A stretch of 64,000 nt of DNA from Eledone cirrhosa (GCA_964016885.1 OZ024742.1:337218001-337282000), one strand, 5' to 3'; shown: positions 35,963 to 48,500, counted from the first letter of the stretch. A program made the numbers and translations. Notes: generated by a model from the letters alone, not told the origin.

Positions 35963-37400
35963 ATAATAATAATAATAATAATAATGAAATTATTGTATAC
36001 AGTGCTTAGGTGCACTACAACTCATAAAAGGTACATGTATAGTACATAGAATAATGTTCAAATGTCAGTAAAATGAACAGTGTATGAGTCATGATATACG
36101 TGTGTGCGTGTGTATGGATGGGGATATCAGTGTAGTGTTGGTGAATTTCAGGAAGCATAAAGGTTTTAAAGAATGCAATGTCTCGCCAGCTAACAACTGA
36201 TGCAGGTAATTTGTTCCATGCTTCAGCAACTCTGAGCGTGAAAAAAAATATTTCTGAAAGTCATGGGAGCTGTACTGTTTTCTGACTTTGTGGGCATGCC
36301 CACGTGTGCTAGACACATGGAAATCAAAAAGGTACTCAGGGTTGTTGTTGGCAAGATGGTTAATAATTTTGTGGTGTTTACCAAGTCAGTTGCCAGACGT
36401 TGGAGCTTCAATGTATCCATGCCCAGGGAAGCAAGGCATTCTGAGTATGGTAGATCCCTGATGGAAGGTATTCGCTTGGTTGCACGTCTCTGAACAGTTT
36501 CCAGGAGGTCAATGTTCTGAGCAAGACAGGGGTTCCAGGCTGATGATGCAAATTCTAAGTGTAGCCGCACCATAGCTATATACAGCTTTAAATAGATGGC
36601 TGGAGAGCGGCTGACTAGGTCTTGCTGAGTTAAGACACCCTCGGCCTTCTTGACAATTTTAGAGATGTGCTTTGTCCAACACAAATCGCTGCTGACAGTA
36701 ATGCCCAGGTCACGTTCACAAGAAGACTTCTTGATATTAGTGTTGTGGAGGGAGTATGTGGACGTTGGGTTTTTCCTCCCAAAATGCATGGTGGTACACT
36801 TGTCCACAGCCAACCTGAGTTGCCAGTCTGTGATCCATTGCTGCATTGCGTCCAGGTCTGATTGCAGGAAATATCTATAATGTTCAGGATCTGTCCTTTT
36901 TATCTCAAGGTACAGCTTGATGTCATCTTCATATTTCAGTACTGTGGCATTCTTTAAGTTGGCATCTATGTCATTAATATATGCCACAAACAAAAGGAGA
37001 CCAACAACAGATCCCTGTGGTACACTAGATGACATCTCAGACAGTGAGGAATGCTGTCCTAGAACTGTGACTACCTCTCTTCGACTGAGAATAAGGGACT
37101 TCAATCAGTTAAAAAGATCATCCTTCACACCCATTGCAGAGAGTTTTGCCATAAGTCTTTTATGTGCCACAGAATTAAAAGCTTTAGCAAAGTCAAGGTA
37201 AATAACATCGACCCATGAGCCACCATCAGTGATCCGGGTGATGTCTTCAAGAAACTCGATAAGTTGATCACAGCAGCTGAAGTTAGGGATAAATCTAAAT
37301 TTAGAGGGCCGGATAAGACTGTGAAAATTCCAGAAGTTCCAAAGTGTTTCTCTGACACAGGATTCCATCAGTTTGGCAATGTAGCTAGTAAGACTGACTG
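35963..37400 (-). mobile_element. CR1/L2 LINE, 5'-truncated; its (ATT)n tail reads as (TAA)n on the plus strand
   Basis: VDVIYLDFAKAF, VPQGSV..LLF, KYEDDIKLY, TRGHAHK and the family 3' UTR. Confidence 0.92.
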
Positions 37401-38396
37401 GATGCTGCCTGCAAATTGCAGCTGATTGATTCTACACCTACCAATTGTGATACCACTTCCAACTCGGCTGTGCATGTCAATCCTGTTCATGAAGATAATG
37501 AACAGGAGAGGTGAGAGTACGCACCCTTTGCAGAGTCTGACTCCCACATTGAATGGTTTTGATTTAACACCATTTATCCAAACATAAATATTCGGGCATT
37601 AGTGTAGAGACATCAGGGGAACAAGAAGTTGGCCATCAATCTCATACTCCTGCAGAACCTTTCTCAACAGGTGTAAAAGTTCAAGTATCTCAGGACCATG
37701 TTCACAAGTGATTGACGGCAAAAGGCTGAATTAAGTGCAAGAATTGCTGGAGCTGGTGCAGTAATACACCAGCTTCAGCATTCGGTAATCAGAAGAAGGT
37801 GTAAGAGCCAAACTCACTATCTTCAATTCAGTATTTGTGCCAACCCTTACTTATGGTTCTGAATCTTGGGTAATGACTGAAAGAATACAAGTGGCCAAAA
37901 TGGGGTTCCCCTGAAGGGTCTTTGGAGTAATGTTACTCAATAGAGTGCATAGCTCGGAGATCAGAGTCACTCCAGGTAGAGCCGCTACTTCTCCAGATTG
38001 AGAGATCGCAACTCCGATATTATGGGCATGCAGTTAGAATGTCTCAGGAAGGAATTGCTGCACAGATTTTACAGGTAAAACCAATCGGCAAGTGAATCAG
38101 GGATAGATCAAGCAAGATGGTTGGATAACATCCATGAGCTTGGCTGGTCTAGCTAGGGGATCCAGCCAGATCAATTGGAAATGGTTGCTTCTGACAGAAC
38201 CTACTAGAAGGAGTGTTTGAGGTCTGTCCCATGACCCTCCCGAAAATAAGTGGGTGAAGAAGAAGCAGAAGAGGAGGAGGAAATGGAGGAGGAAATGGGG
38301 GGAGAGGGGGAGGTAGAGGTGGAGGAAGAAGAAGAAGAAGAAGAAGAAGAAGAAGAAGAAGAAGAAGAAGAAGAAGAAGAAGAAGAAGAAGAAGAA
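37400..38396. mobile_element. RTE LINE with 5' inversion: minus-strand segment ~37400-37668, plus-strand 3' segment ~37669-38255, then a (GAA)n/(GAG)n tail
   Basis: Minus: KSKPFNVGVRLCKGCVLSPLLFIIFMNRI..INQLQFA. Plus: QV*KFKYL..PTLTYGSESW..LRYYGHAVRM, 3' end CCATGACCCTCC..AATAAGTGGG then GAA repeats. Confidence 0.85.
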
Positions 38397-38444
38397 ATGT
38401 TTAAACAGTATGATGGAAGAAGTTTTGGTGGAATTTATGGAAAA

Positions 38445-40600
38445 AATAATTGTTTCTACATTCAGTACAAGGCCAGCAATTTGAAGGGAAGGGGTAAGTC
38501 AATAATTTACCCCAGTGTATTAATGGTGCTTTGTTTTATTGACCCCGTAAGGATAAAAGATTGTAAAGGGCCGTTACTCTACACTTTATGGAAGAAATAA
38601 AAGAATTGGTGAATTTATGGAAAAGTGTCAGAGGAAAAGATAAAAAGTAGAAAAAATTACAGAAGAACAAAGTGTTTCAAATAAAAATGTGAATATTTCT
38701 TTTTTATTTGCCAAAAAAAAAGAAAAGAAAAAAGAAAAATGGTTAAACTTGCCTTTTTCATAGTTCTCCTTCATTTTCTTCTGATTTGGACAATGTTTCT
38801 TACAGGATCTGTCCAATATACAGCCTTTCCTTGCTAGAAATCTGTGTTGTCTTTGACAACATTTTGCCTCGACTCTTCCATAATGGCATGACCAGTAGCC
38901 AGCACAGTTCTCAGTCATTCCAAAGGTGGAGCCTTTGTCTGCTTCTGTACAAGAATCTATAAGAAATAAGCATACAGTTTTGACAATAAAGATTCCACTA
39001 AATGGCCTCACACCAGATGGTCACATAGTAAGCTTTTATAATATGTTATTTGGAAACACTGATTCCAAAGATGTCTTTACACATAGTTACTTACAAGGTT
39101 ATTTCAATGTGAACTATAAATTTTTAGAAAATTTAATAAAGACATATGCATACAGAGATATATGTATGTAAGTATGAACTAATAACTCCCAGTGGATTAT
39201 AGGAGCCCATCCCTTTCCATGTCTGAACACAGCCAATTTCTTCATGAGAAGGAGAGAGTGACAGAAGGGAAGTGAGAAAGAAATGTAGATGAAAAATTGA
39301 CTCTAGTACTGGACTGGCACTTTCTTTTTATCAACATTGAAAGGATGAAAAACAAAGTTGACCTCACTGGGATTAAAACTCAGAACACAGAAAGCCGGAA
39401 TACTGCAAAGCATTCTATCTGATATTTTAACGATTGTTAACTTACAGATTATATCATACAGAGATATACTCAGACCTATAGAGCAAATGTTCTATATGTA
39501 AGGCAGAATTTAAATAGCATAAGCCACTCCCACTGTTGACTACAAAAGGTTTCTCCTTACATACAAAAGAATGACTGTATGGTACTAGCTTACAATATAT
39601 GATGCTTCATGGTAGTGAAACATGAGCTGTTATTGCAGAGGACATGCATAGACTGAACAGAAATGAAGCAACCATGCTTCGTTGGATGTGCAATATATAT
39701 GTGAGAGAAAGGCAGAGCTTGGACAAGCTGCGGGAGAAGCTGGGTTTAAGAGGAATCTGAGGTAGTGTGCAGCAGAGAAGACTGCATTAGTATGGACATG
39801 ATTATAGATGATTATAGATGATGATCGCTGGGTGACGAAGTACCAGGAAATCTCAGTCGAAGGAAGCCGCAGTAGAAGTAAACCAAGAAAGACCTGGGCA
39901 GAGGTGGTGAGGGCTGATCTCAACACACACACACACTCAGTGCTGATGCAACAATAAAAATGCACCCAGCCTACTCTCTAACGTGCTAGTGATGGTGCCA
40001 TGATGAAAAGCCCCCAGTCCACCCTGTAAGGTGGTAATGCTGGTGCTATCATAAAATATTCCTAGTACATGCTGTAAAGTGGTTGCCATTAAGAAGGGTA
40101 TTTAGCCAAAGAAACCAAGCCAAAAAACTAGCAAACCATGGTCACTTGACCAATCTAGCTTCAATATACAATATACTATCTAACCCATGCAAACATGGAA
40201 AATCGATGTTAAACTGTGATGATGATGCTGCTGCTGATGATGATGATGACACACATGTACTTACACAAGTAGAAAACTACCCAGAGGATGGTATTTATGC
40301 TAGTATACCATCAAGTCAAAATTATCTTGAAATCCCTCTTCAATTTTCTGTATAGTTGATTTTTGCAAGTATAGACGTTTAGTATTCTCACTGGATCGGC
40401 AGAACTGTTAAAACATCTGACATGATGCTTTGCAGTATTTAGCTATGATTCTTTATGTTCTGCATTCAATTCTCACTGAGGTCAACTTAGCCCTTCTCCT
40501 CTCGAGATTGTTAAAATAAAGCAAAGTCAAGTACTAGGATCAATTTAAACAACTTTGCCCTCCCTGCAATTACTGGCCTTGTGCCAAAATTATAAATCAA
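38445..40600. mobile_element. Dispersed intronic relics: SINEs at ~38445-38560(-), ~39295-39440(-) and ~40390-40600(+); RTE fragment ~39590-39925(+); RTE-tailed SINE ~39955-40250(+)
   Basis: Matches to family motifs above (GAGGTCAACTT..CCTT, GACCTGGGCAGAGGTGGTGAG, AAAAGCCCCCAGTCCAC..AAGAAGGG, AACCCATGC..(GAT)n). Confidence 0.65.
38753..38956 (-). CDS. Pif/BMSP-like gene exon, Cys-rich chitin-binding-like module (DSCTEADK..NCAGYWSCHYGRVEAKCCQRQHRF..GCILDRSC..C)
   Basis: cttatag acceptor; open 204 nt, phase 1-1; ends at AAG|gcaagt (GC donor). Confidence 0.85.
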
Positions 40601-40857
40601 TATTTTTTTTAGTCTTTCTTCGTTTGAATTGAGTATGTAAAAGGTTGAGATAGATATGGAATTATATTGTGATCTAAAACTACTTTGAGGACTTACATTG
40701 GTCTGTTTATAAGTAGTGACCATTGTACAGGATCATACTTTTGACCAACAGCTTCATGAAGGTCTCTTAATGACCATTGTACAAGCTCAACTGGAGGAAA
40801 CAAATCATTGCAGTAATCCAATCTTCAACTTCTGTTTAAATCCTTTTCATTTTATGA

Positions 40858-40920
40858 CAGAACCTGTTGAAGGAGTGTTTGAGGACTCTTCCCCCATGAC
40901 CCTCTCATGAATAAGTGGGC

Positions 40921-40951
<31 letters not shown>

Positions 40952-40975
40952 AAGAAGAAGAAGAAGAAGAAGACA
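40858..40975 (+). mobile_element. Very short RTE 3' end with (GAA)n tail, same family as ~38195-38396
   Basis: CAGAACC..GAAGGAGTGTTTGAGG..CCCATGACCCTC..AATAAGTGGG followed by (AAG)n. Confidence 0.8.
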
Positions 40976-41016
40976 GATGATGATGATGATGAGGAGGAGG
41001 GGGAGGGGAGACTTAC

Positions 41017-41208
41017 CTGTTGTACAGTTGACGAGACGTGAGTGTAAACACGTAAGTGTATTTTGGTCCCAGTATGTCCCAAATGGACAGGGCATAATTT
41101 TAGCATGATACTCATCTTCTTCCATGAAACATTGAATATATTTGTTGCAGTCAATTGGATGGGAAACATAACCAATTCCTCTGTCTATTTTACAGCCTTT
41201 ACAAAAGC
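41017..41208 (-). CDS. Pif/BMSP-like gene exon, chitin-binding type-2 (peritrophin-A/CBM14) domain (SFCKGC..HPIDCNKYIQC..IMPCPFGTYWDQNTLTC..VNC)
   Basis: ttccacag acceptor, G|gtaagt donor, phase 1-1, 192 nt, with ChtBD2 Cys and aromatic spacing. Confidence 0.92.
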
Positions 41209-41568
41209 CTGTGGAAAGAAAATTGATAATTTTTCTCATTTAAATTATCTTGCTGCTCTACATGATAAACGATCACCCAATAAACTTGTAGTGGATAAGT
41301 TGTATTCTTTTGATAGTTTGATGAAAAGAATAATGCCACAATTGAGTTGTTAACAACGTTTATTTTATAAAAACAATATTCACTTTGAACATCGAGTAAT
41401 AATATTTATGACATGAACTATCCCTACATATTTAGTTGACTAACTTCTACGAGTTAGCGTAAATGCATGTATCACAGAAAATGATATAGTAAAAGTTGTG
41501 TTGCATCTTAGAGATATAATATGACAGGAAGAATAGAATGAGCGTAAAATGTAAACAATATGAACTTA

Positions 41569-41630
<62 letters not shown>

Positions 41631-42034
41631 CTATTCTTAGAATATATTCTTCTTCTCAAGGATGCTGCTTCATGTCTGGCTGCCTGGCTGATAAGGTGGA
41701 AGCCAGTAAGGGCCAGGAGAGGGTGATAGAGTGAAAGGTCTGCTACATCGTGCACCTTAACACGGACTGCTTGCTTCGGTCTCTCTGCTCTCAGATTTCT
41801 TAACTCCTTGCATTTATAATAACCCTATAGCTAGAAGGATGTGTATATGAGGTTGATTTATGTTCAGCCATCTGGATATCGTCTCCCAGCAAGCTGGGGT
41901 CACATTTATCATCGTTGTCTTGACAGGACAATGGTGAGAACCTCCAACGATAGATGGTCCCAGAGGCGAGAAACCTCAGATTCAGTTTCAAATCTTCGCC
42001 AGTAAAAGTATTCTGTTATACATTCTGTAAACAC

Positions 42035-42950
42035 TTGCATGGCTTAGATGGGTTGTCATGTTATGAAACAATTCAGGTCAGGTAATCACATCTTGCTCAT
42101 ACAGATTTGTATTTTGGCTTGGTTTCTATGGCTTGATGCCTTTCCTAACACCAACCACATTACAGTGGGTACTGGGTACTGATTGTAATGCATCACCAGC
42201 ATAAGCACCTCACAGGATGGACTGGGTGCTTTTTGTCATGTCACCAGCATGACCACCATAAAGGGTGAACTGTGTGTTTTTTGTCATGTCACCAGCATGA
42301 CCACCTTGCAAGGTGGATTGAGTGATTTTTTTTCTTGTGTCACCAGCACAGGAAGAACTGGGTAATTTGCACACATCACCAGCACAACCTCTATACAGGG
42401 TGGACCGGGGGCCTTCCATCAACGCAAACATCTTATTGAGTGCATTTGGAGCTGTCTCTTGTCATGTTACCAGTATGGCCACCTTTACAGGATAGACTGG
42501 GTACTTTTGGTGTTGTGGCACCAGATCAACATTCAGGGAGGACAAAGTGTTTTTCTTTGGTACTGAGAGAAGACTAAGCTATAGCATAAATACATTTTGT
42601 TTTTAAAACATCTGCTAGAAAAGTTCATTTGTATATAGTGCATGATTGATTAGGATTAATTAACAGTAGCACTAACATAGTATGATTCAGAATAGAGGTG
42701 TATATGAAGGTATATACAACATGTTTATGTATAATGGTTTCTGATTTAGGTACAAGGCCAACAATTTGGGAAGAAAGGGAAAGTCAATTAAATCGATTCC
42801 AGTGCATTACTAGTACTTTATTTTATCAATCCTATAAGGATGAAAGGCAAAGCTAACCTCAGCAGGATTTGAACTCAGAATGTAAAGGGGCATAACACTA
42901 TGCCATAAAGCATGGTGTCTGACACTCTACCGATACTGCCAATTCCCTGC
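42035..42950 (-). mobile_element. RTE-tailed SINE with degenerate internal tandem units (~42035-42520) and a tRNA-headed SINE (~42735-42950)
   Basis: The plus strand shows GATGCCTTTCCTAACACCAACCAC and repeated CTGGGTGCTTTT..TCACCAGCA, and separately CCTCAGCAGGATTTGAACTCAG. Confidence 0.7.
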
Positions 42951-43405
42951 CCTTATATGTTTATGTATAATAAAGATATATAAGTCTTGCTCTGAATGTT
43001 TCAAGCTGTGATCATGTCACAGCTATCTGAGTAGCCATGTAAGAACACCAGACACTAGCGTTTCAGGATTTTTAATTCATCATCAGTGAAGTTGTTGTTA
43101 TTGTTGGTGGCTTTCCTCACTAATGTATCAAGTCATGCCTGTGAGGATGGTTGGTTATTCCAGCATCTTAGTCTCGTTTCACCCATGGCAATGTTGTGAA
43201 TGTGTTGGCTTGTCTCAAACATTATAAAAGGGAAATTCCAGTGCTCCTTGTTGTGACATGTGATTGAGTGTGAGAGTCTTCTTGCCGCCCACTCTCTATC
43301 ATTATCTAATCCATTTTTTATACCCACCATTTGCTTATTGATTTTTATATACACATGATAAAAGATTTGAGCCGCTTAAAATAAGAATAATGTATTGTTA
43401 CTTAC

Positions 43406-43609
43406 TTTCTAATGTATCTAATGATACATTGAAGAGTTGATTTAGTTGCTGTGGTGATTTAGATATTTTAAAAGTTTCTGTTTCTTGTCTTCTATTTGTA
43501 GTTGCTTCAGAAATGATTGAAGATGTTGTAGTTGATGGTTTTGTTAGTTTTGGTGTAGTACTTGTTAATATAGTTGTAGTGGTTGTAGGTACAGTAGTCG
43601 TAATTATAA
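43406..43609 (-). CDS. Pif/BMSP-like gene exon, Thr/Ser-rich mucin-like linker (IITTTVPTTTTTILTSTTPKLTKPSTTTSS...)
   Basis: tcttttcag acceptor, A|gtaagt donor, 204 nt open in phase 1-1; joins the next exon in frame (A+GC = Ser). Upstream exons were not found in the window. Confidence 0.75.
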
Positions 43610-44248
43610 CTGAAAAGATACAAAACGAACTCTAGGTTTAGGGGCAACAGCTTATGGTAAGAGTAAATATTATACACAGCTTCAAAACTATTTGTTTACT
43701 GAAATCATACTTTTTTGCTGCTTTTCATCTATTCAAGGTTGAAAAAAAAAGTATCAGTCTAGTACTGGGGTTGATTCTGCCTCTATATCTCTTTCTTATT
43801 CCTATTCTCTCATTCCCTCTCTCTCCTTCGCTGGAAGAAATCTGCTGTATTCAGAACTGGAGAGAAGATGTGCTCTGCCAGGTTTTAAAAATACCCATAA
43901 AACACTGTATGCCAATATGGCCCTCCAGGACCATACTTACATAGTACATGGGTGACAAGAAACCGTAATTAAATAAAATAATATACTAGATATCAACTTT
44001 TCTTAGACTCCTGCTAGAGTGACATACAGCATTTCTTTGACATCTTTTAAACCTGGTTGAGCCCGTCCCTTCTTCAGTCTGCACACAGCCAATTTATTTG
44101 AGATGAGAAAGAGAGAGTGATAGAAAGGAAGTGAGAAAGAGATATAGAGGAAGAATCGACCCCAGTATTGGATTGGTACACTATCTATCAACCTCAAAAG
44201 GATGCATGTGTATGTGTATGTATATATATATATATATGTGTGTGTGTG

Positions 44249-44281
<33 letters not shown>

Positions 44282-44282
44282 A

Positions 44283-44635
44283 TGTCAATGTGCGTGAACG
44301 ACCCAGCATGAATGTGTTGAGAGAGAAACTGTGTCTGAGAGGGATAGAATGTAGTGTGCGAGAGGAGACTAAGGTGGTATGGACATGTGATGCGCATGGA
44401 GGATGACCGATAGGTGAAGAAGTGCCAGGAAATGCCAGTTGAAGGAAGACGTGGTAGAAGTAGACCACGAAAAACATGGGCGGAGGTGGTGAGAACAGAT
44501 CTCAGATCGCTGAAGCTCATGGTGGAGATGACGAAGGACCGTGACAAGTGGAGAGATGCTGTGCTGAATAAGACCCATCCCACCCTTGCAAGCAGGGAAA
44601 AGCGGACGTAAAATGATTATGATGATAATGATGAC
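44283..44635 (+). mobile_element. RTE LINE 3' end with (GAT)n tail
   Basis: RRLRWYGHVMRM..VKKCQEMPVEGRRGRSRPRKTW; tail CCCATCCCACCCTTGCAAGCAGGGAAAAGCGGACGTAAAATGAT(GAT)n. Confidence 0.88.
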
Positions 44636-44647
44636 ATATATATATAT

Positions 44648-44678
<31 letters not shown>

Positions 44679-45278
44679 TAATCAACTACATAGATGAAAA
44701 AATTAGCTTCCAAATCATTTTTAATTCCTTACACATGTTTTAAGAGAGATGTACATCAAATTATTCGAATAATGTTAGGTGAAAATTCTCCTTTTCCTTC
44801 AGACCAATATAATACATAACACATTGAGCTAATTCTGAAATGACATGGCAATTATATACTGTCATATATAATTCTCCACATACAAAACTATATATACATT
44901 GTATATATAGTTTTACCTTTGCTATATATATGTCTTGGGATATATGGTTTTCTAATCATTTATGTTGTAATAAATATAGACAGGTCAATAATCTATATTT
45001 AACTTTATTGAATTGCTGGAGATGTTTCAATCTAGTTTAACAGTGAGACAATATTTAACAATATCCAGTCTATAATGATATTTAGCTCAAAACTGACAAA
45101 ATGTTTAACATTATCAAGACTATATTAATATTTACCTCAGCTTCTAAATTCCCTCGCTGACAAATAAATATTAAAAAACAAAACAACTTGTGTTCTTGTG
45201 TTAACATAGAGAAGTCAATCTAAGAACTGAAAGGCTCATATATATTTTTAAGTTAATGTATAACCAAAACCAACACTG

Positions 45279-45478
45279 TAACCCTTTAGCATTTACATCA
45301 TTTTATATTTACTATTGTATTTTCACAGGAAAGGGTTTACCTCACATAATTATCTCACATAAAATCGAATCTACAAGATTTTGATGTTATTTATTTTGAG
45401 AACAATACCTTAATGTAGGTAGCCAGTTTGAACAGAAAGAAGTGAGAGAGTTCTGGCCGGATATGGCCAGTTTGAATG
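45279..45478. mobile_element. piggyBac-type MITE copy lacking most of its right TIR
   Basis: TAACCCTTTAGCATTTAC... with internal sequence like 25204-25408; stops at ...CCAGTTTGAATG. Confidence 0.8.
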
Positions 45479-45554
45479 AAGAGAAAAGAGAGAAAAGAGG
45501 TAATTGACATATCAGATGAAGAAAACAATGTTTCTATTGGACTTTCCATTCCTG

Positions 45555-48500
45555 AGACTATCTGCTGGTCACAACTGATGGCAGAAGAAAGGAGTGAATA
45601 TCACCAGACTGGAGTAATGATACTAACTGTTGGTCATAACTCCTGGCAGAAGAAAGGAGTGAATCATCAGACTGGAGTAATGATACTAACTGTTGGTCAT
45701 AAGTGATGGCAGAAGAAAGGAGTGAATCATCAGACTGGAGTAATGATACTAACTGTTGGTCATAACTCCTGGCAGAAGAAAGGAGTGAATCATCAGACTG
45801 GAGTAATGATACTAACTGTTGGTCATAAGTGATGGCAGAAGAAAGGAGTGAATCATCAGACTGGAGTAATGATACTAACTGTTGGTCATAACTCCTGGCA
45901 GAAGAAAGGAGTGAATCATCAGACTGGAGTAATGATACTAACTGTTGTTCATAACTCCTGGCAGAAGAAAGGAGTGAATCATCAGACTGGAGTAATGATA
46001 CTAACTGTTGGTCATAACTCCTGGCAGAAGAAAGGAGTGAATCGTCAGACTGGAGTAATGATACTAACTGTTGGTCATAACTCCTGGCAGAAGAAAGGAG
46101 TGAATCATCAGACTGGAGTAATGATACTAACTGTTGGTCATAAGTGATGGCAGAAGAAAGGAGTGAATCATCAGACTGGAGTAATGATACTATCTGTTGG
46201 TCATAAGTGATGGCAGAAGAAAAGTGAATAATCAGACTGGAGTAATGATACTAACTGTTGGTCACAACTGATGGCAGAAGAAAGGAGTGAATCATCAGAC
46301 TGGAGTAATGATACTAACTGTTGGTCATAAGTGATGGCAGAAGAAAGGAGTGAATAATCAGATTGGAGTAATGATACTAACTGTTGGTCACAACTGATGG
46401 CAGAAGAAAGGAGTGAATCATCAGACTGGAGTAATGATACTAACTGTTGGTCATAAGTGATGGCAGAAGAAAGGAGTGAATAATCAGACTGGAGTAATGA
46501 TACTAACTGTTGGTCACAACTGATGGCAGAAGAAAGGAGTGAATCATCAGACTGGAGTAATGATACTAACTGTTGTTCATAACTGATGGCAGAAGAAAGG
46601 AGTGAATCATCAGACTGGAGTAATGATACTAACTGTTGGTCATAAGTGATGGCAGAAGAAAGGAGTGAATCATCAGATTGGAGTAATGATACTAACTGTT
46701 GGTCATAACTGATGGCAAAAGAAAGGAGTGAATCATCAGACTGGAGTAATGATACTAACTGTTGTTCATAACTGATGGCAGAAGAAAGGAGTGAATCATC
46801 AGACTGGAGTAATGATACTAACTGTTGGTCATAAGTGATGGCAGAAGAAAGGAGTGAATCATCAGACTGGAGTAATGATACTAACTGTTGGTCATAACTG
46901 ATGGCAGAAGAAAGGAGTGAATCATCAGACTGGAGTAATGATACTAACTGTTGGTCATAAGTGATGGCAGAAGAAAGGAGTGAATCATCAGATTGGAGTA
47001 ATGATACTAACTGTTGGTCATAACTGATGGCAGAAGAAAGGAGTGAATCATCAGACTGGAGTAATGATACTAACTGTTGGTCATAAGTGATGGCAGAAGA
47101 AAGGAGTGAATCATCAGATTGGAGTAATGATACTAACTGTTGGTCAAAACTGATGGCAGAAGAAAGGAGTGAATCATCAGACTGGAGTAATGATACTAAC
47201 TGTTGGTCATAAGTGATGGCAGAAGAAAGGAGTGAATCATCAGACTGGAGTAATGATACTAACTGTTGGTCATAACTGATGGCAGAAGAAAGGAGTGAAT
47301 CATCAGACTGGATTAATGATACTAACTGTTGGTCACAACTCCTGGCAGAAGAAAGGAGTGAATCATCAGACTGGAGTAATGATACTAACTGTTGGTCATA
47401 ACTGATGGCAGAAGAAAGGAGTGAATCATCAGACTGGAGTAATGATACTAACTGTTGGTCATAACTGATGGCAGAAGAAAGGAGTGAATCATCAGACTGG
47501 AGTAATGATACTAAATGTTGGTCACAACTGATGGCAGAAGAAAGGAGTGAATCATCAGACTGGAGTAATGATACTAAATGTTGGTCATAACTGATGGCAG
47601 AAGAAAGGAGTGAATCATCAGACTGGAGTAATGATACTAACTGTTGGTCACAACTGATGGCAGAAGAAAGGAGTGAATCATCAGACTGGAGTAATGATAC
47701 TAACTGCTGGTCATAAATGATGGCAGAAGAAAGGAGTGAATCATCAGACTGGAGTAATGATACTAACTGTTGGTCACAACTGATGGCAGAATAAAGGAGT
47801 GAATAATCAGACTGGAGTAATGATACTAACTGTTGGTCATAACTGATGGCAGAAGAAAGTAGTGAATCATCAGACTGGAGTAATGATACTAACTGGTGGT
47901 CATAACTGATGGCAGAAGAAAGGAGTGAATCATCAGACTGGAGTAATGATACTATCTGTTGGTCACAACACCTGGCAGAAGAAAGGAGTGAATAATCAGA
48001 CTGGAGTAATGATACTAACTGTCGGTCACAACTGATGGCAGAAGAAAAGAGTGAATCATCAGACTGGAGTAATGATACTAACTGTTGGTCACAACTCCTG
48101 GCAGAAGAAAGGAGTGAATCATCAGACTGGAGTAATGATACCAAGTGTTGGTCATAACTGATGGCAGAAGAAAGTAGTGAATCATCAGACTGGAGTAATG
48201 ATACTAACTGTTGGTCATAAGTGATGGCAGAAGAAAGTAGTGAATCATCAGACTGGAATAATGATACTATCTGTTGGTCACAACTGATGGCAGAAGAAAG
48301 GAGTGAATCATCAGACTGGAGTAATGATACTAACTGTTGGTCATAAGTGATGGCAGAAGAAAGGAGTGAATCATCAGATTGGAGTAATGATACTAACTGT
48401 TGGTCATAACTGATGGCAAAAGAAAGGAGTGAATCATCAGACTGGAGTAATGATACTAACTGTTGGTCATAACTGATGGCAGAAGAAAGGAGTGAATCAT

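Noticed and set aside
38250-38600. Glu-rich 116-aa ORF
   Set aside because: Translation of an RTE (GAA)n tail running into a SINE.
45136-45156. Possible 21-nt micro-exon of the Pif-like gene (cag|CGAGGGAATTTAGAAGCTGAG|gtaaat, minus strand)
   Set aside because: It is open only in phase 0, whereas the next exon (43609) needs phase 1, in which it contains TGA.
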